Virus record (IMG/VR): IMGVR_UViG_3300033121_002118
Coordinates: 1 to 64,000 of that record
Origin: a virus
Lineage: Duplodnaviria; Caudoviricetes
DNA: 64,000 bases
Direction: 5' to 3' (one strand)
Under the pieces are notes generated by a model. That model did not search any database. It saw only the letters and a program-made list of their open reading frames with translations, and had not been told where the DNA came from. The translations under genes and the position numbers were made by a program. Below are positions 63,270-64,000 of this stretch, one piece after another (position 1 is the first letter of the stretch; every line of letters begins with the position of its first letter).

Positions 63270-64000
63270 TCAGCGGATGCCTGCGAGCACCGCCCACCGG
63301 GCCGCCTCGGACGACTCGTTCAGAGTCGTGCTGGCGGGCCTGGTCGGCCGCGACGACGAGCCCCGGACCGGACGGTCCATGGACTCCGACAGCGCCCTCG
63401 AACGCTTCGTGAGCGAACCCACGAGAGCCTCGTAGACGAGCTTGACCTCCCGCGGGCTCCTCGCGGCCTCGAGCTTCTCGACGACGTCAGCGCGCTGCTG
63501 GGCCGTGAGCGACTCGTTCTGGAGCAGCTTCGTGGTTGCGGTCAGCTTGGCGTTGCGCAGATTCACCTGCACCAACTGGCTGCGGAGGTTTCTTTCGGCG
63601 ATGCCTGCCCCCGCGCGGGCTCGCCCCGGGCCGCCATTCGGGCGGACCCCTGCACGGAACCGGGTGGCGCTCTCAGCCACGCGGCCCGAAGTCTGTCGGC
63701 CGGCCGGAGCCGTCCTGCATGCGCGGCGGTAGGCCGCGGTCGCCTCGGCGATCCTGCGAGCGTCGCCCGAGCGCCGGGCCCTGCGAACGGCCTCCCGAAG
63801 CGAGGCGAGCCGTCCGCGACGGGCACCCTCCATCGGCATGTCATTGTCGCACTCGTCCATGGGGGGCTCGTCGCCCTCGCCCATGTCGATCTCCAGCACC
63901 TCGTCGTCGCCGTCGGCCTCGCCGACCACCTTGATCGAGGTGGCGCCCACCGGGACGTCGCTGTCGAGCCAGGGATCACCCTCGTCCGAGCCGCCGCCGA
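63270..64000 (-). CDS. Prohead core scaffold protein, C-terminal part (start outside window)
   Basis: VNLRNAKL..TKLL..LT..Q...VVE.L..A...EVKLVYE.L, ends RWAVLAGI; many L/I/V-x-E sites; directly upstream of MCP. Confidence 0.75.
   Translation of the reverse strand, partial: GGGSDEGDPWLDSDVPVGATSIKVVGEADGDDEVLEIDMGEGDEPPMDECDNDMPMEGARRGRLASLREAVRRARRSGDARRIAEATAAYRRACRTAPAGRQTSGRVAESATRFRAGVRPNGGPGRARAGAGIAERNLRSQLVQVNLRNAKLTATTKLLQNESLTAQQRADVVEKLEAARSPREVKLVYEALVGSLTKRSRALSESMDRPVRGSSSRPTRPASTTLNESSEAARWAVLAGIR

Noticed and set aside
1-64000. Genome-wide TAG-to-Gln recoding
   Set aside because: Core genes are intact under the standard code, and many genes end in TAG (4276, 12894, 13126, 24853, 32736, 33746, 38477, 60346); only one in-frame TAG was noticed
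1-64000. CRISPR array, tRNA or rRNA genes
   Set aside because: No regularly spaced repeats or cloverleaf/rRNA-like segments seen by eye; intergenic spaces are short. The leader repeats are coding and dispersed

Overview
High-GC (roughly two-thirds G+C) segment of a large T4-like myovirus (jumbo-phage-type) genome, mostly coded on the minus strand. The left part (1-15.9 kb) carries nucleotide-metabolism and replication genes: dimeric dUTPase-like, MT-A70 methyltransferase, oligoribonuclease, thymidylate kinase, DHFR, class II RNR, DnaB-type helicase, 5'-3' exonuclease, RecA/UvsX, gp32-like SSB, HD hydrolase and a short family-A polymerase. The right part is the virion module: baseplate, tape measure, gp26/gp51-like chaperones, tail tube, two tail sheaths, neck proteins, major capsid and scaffold. 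It is interrupted by about 8 free-standing homing-endonuclease-like genes. A Myxococcus-type Cys-rich lipoprotein hints at a Myxococcota host. The most striking unexplained structure is about 30 otherwise unrelated genes that share an N-terminal leader (consensus MxITRG[QE]LRR[IL][VI][RK]EEAxRLxE|[AGS]). The leader ends in a T4 prohead-protease-type L-x-E site. Many of these genes sit 4-6 nt behind a self-complementary TANNTA motif. The leader is also shared at DNA level, including a 161-bp duplication and collapsed scars. I infer a modular capsid-targeting cargo-cassette system whose payloads include ART-like and GNAT-like enzymes. Other signals: homing endonucleases with synonymously recoded copies of host-gene termini, and a candidate +1 frameshift joining the gp26- and gp51-like chaperones. 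All functional calls come from motif recognition by eye; no database search was run.
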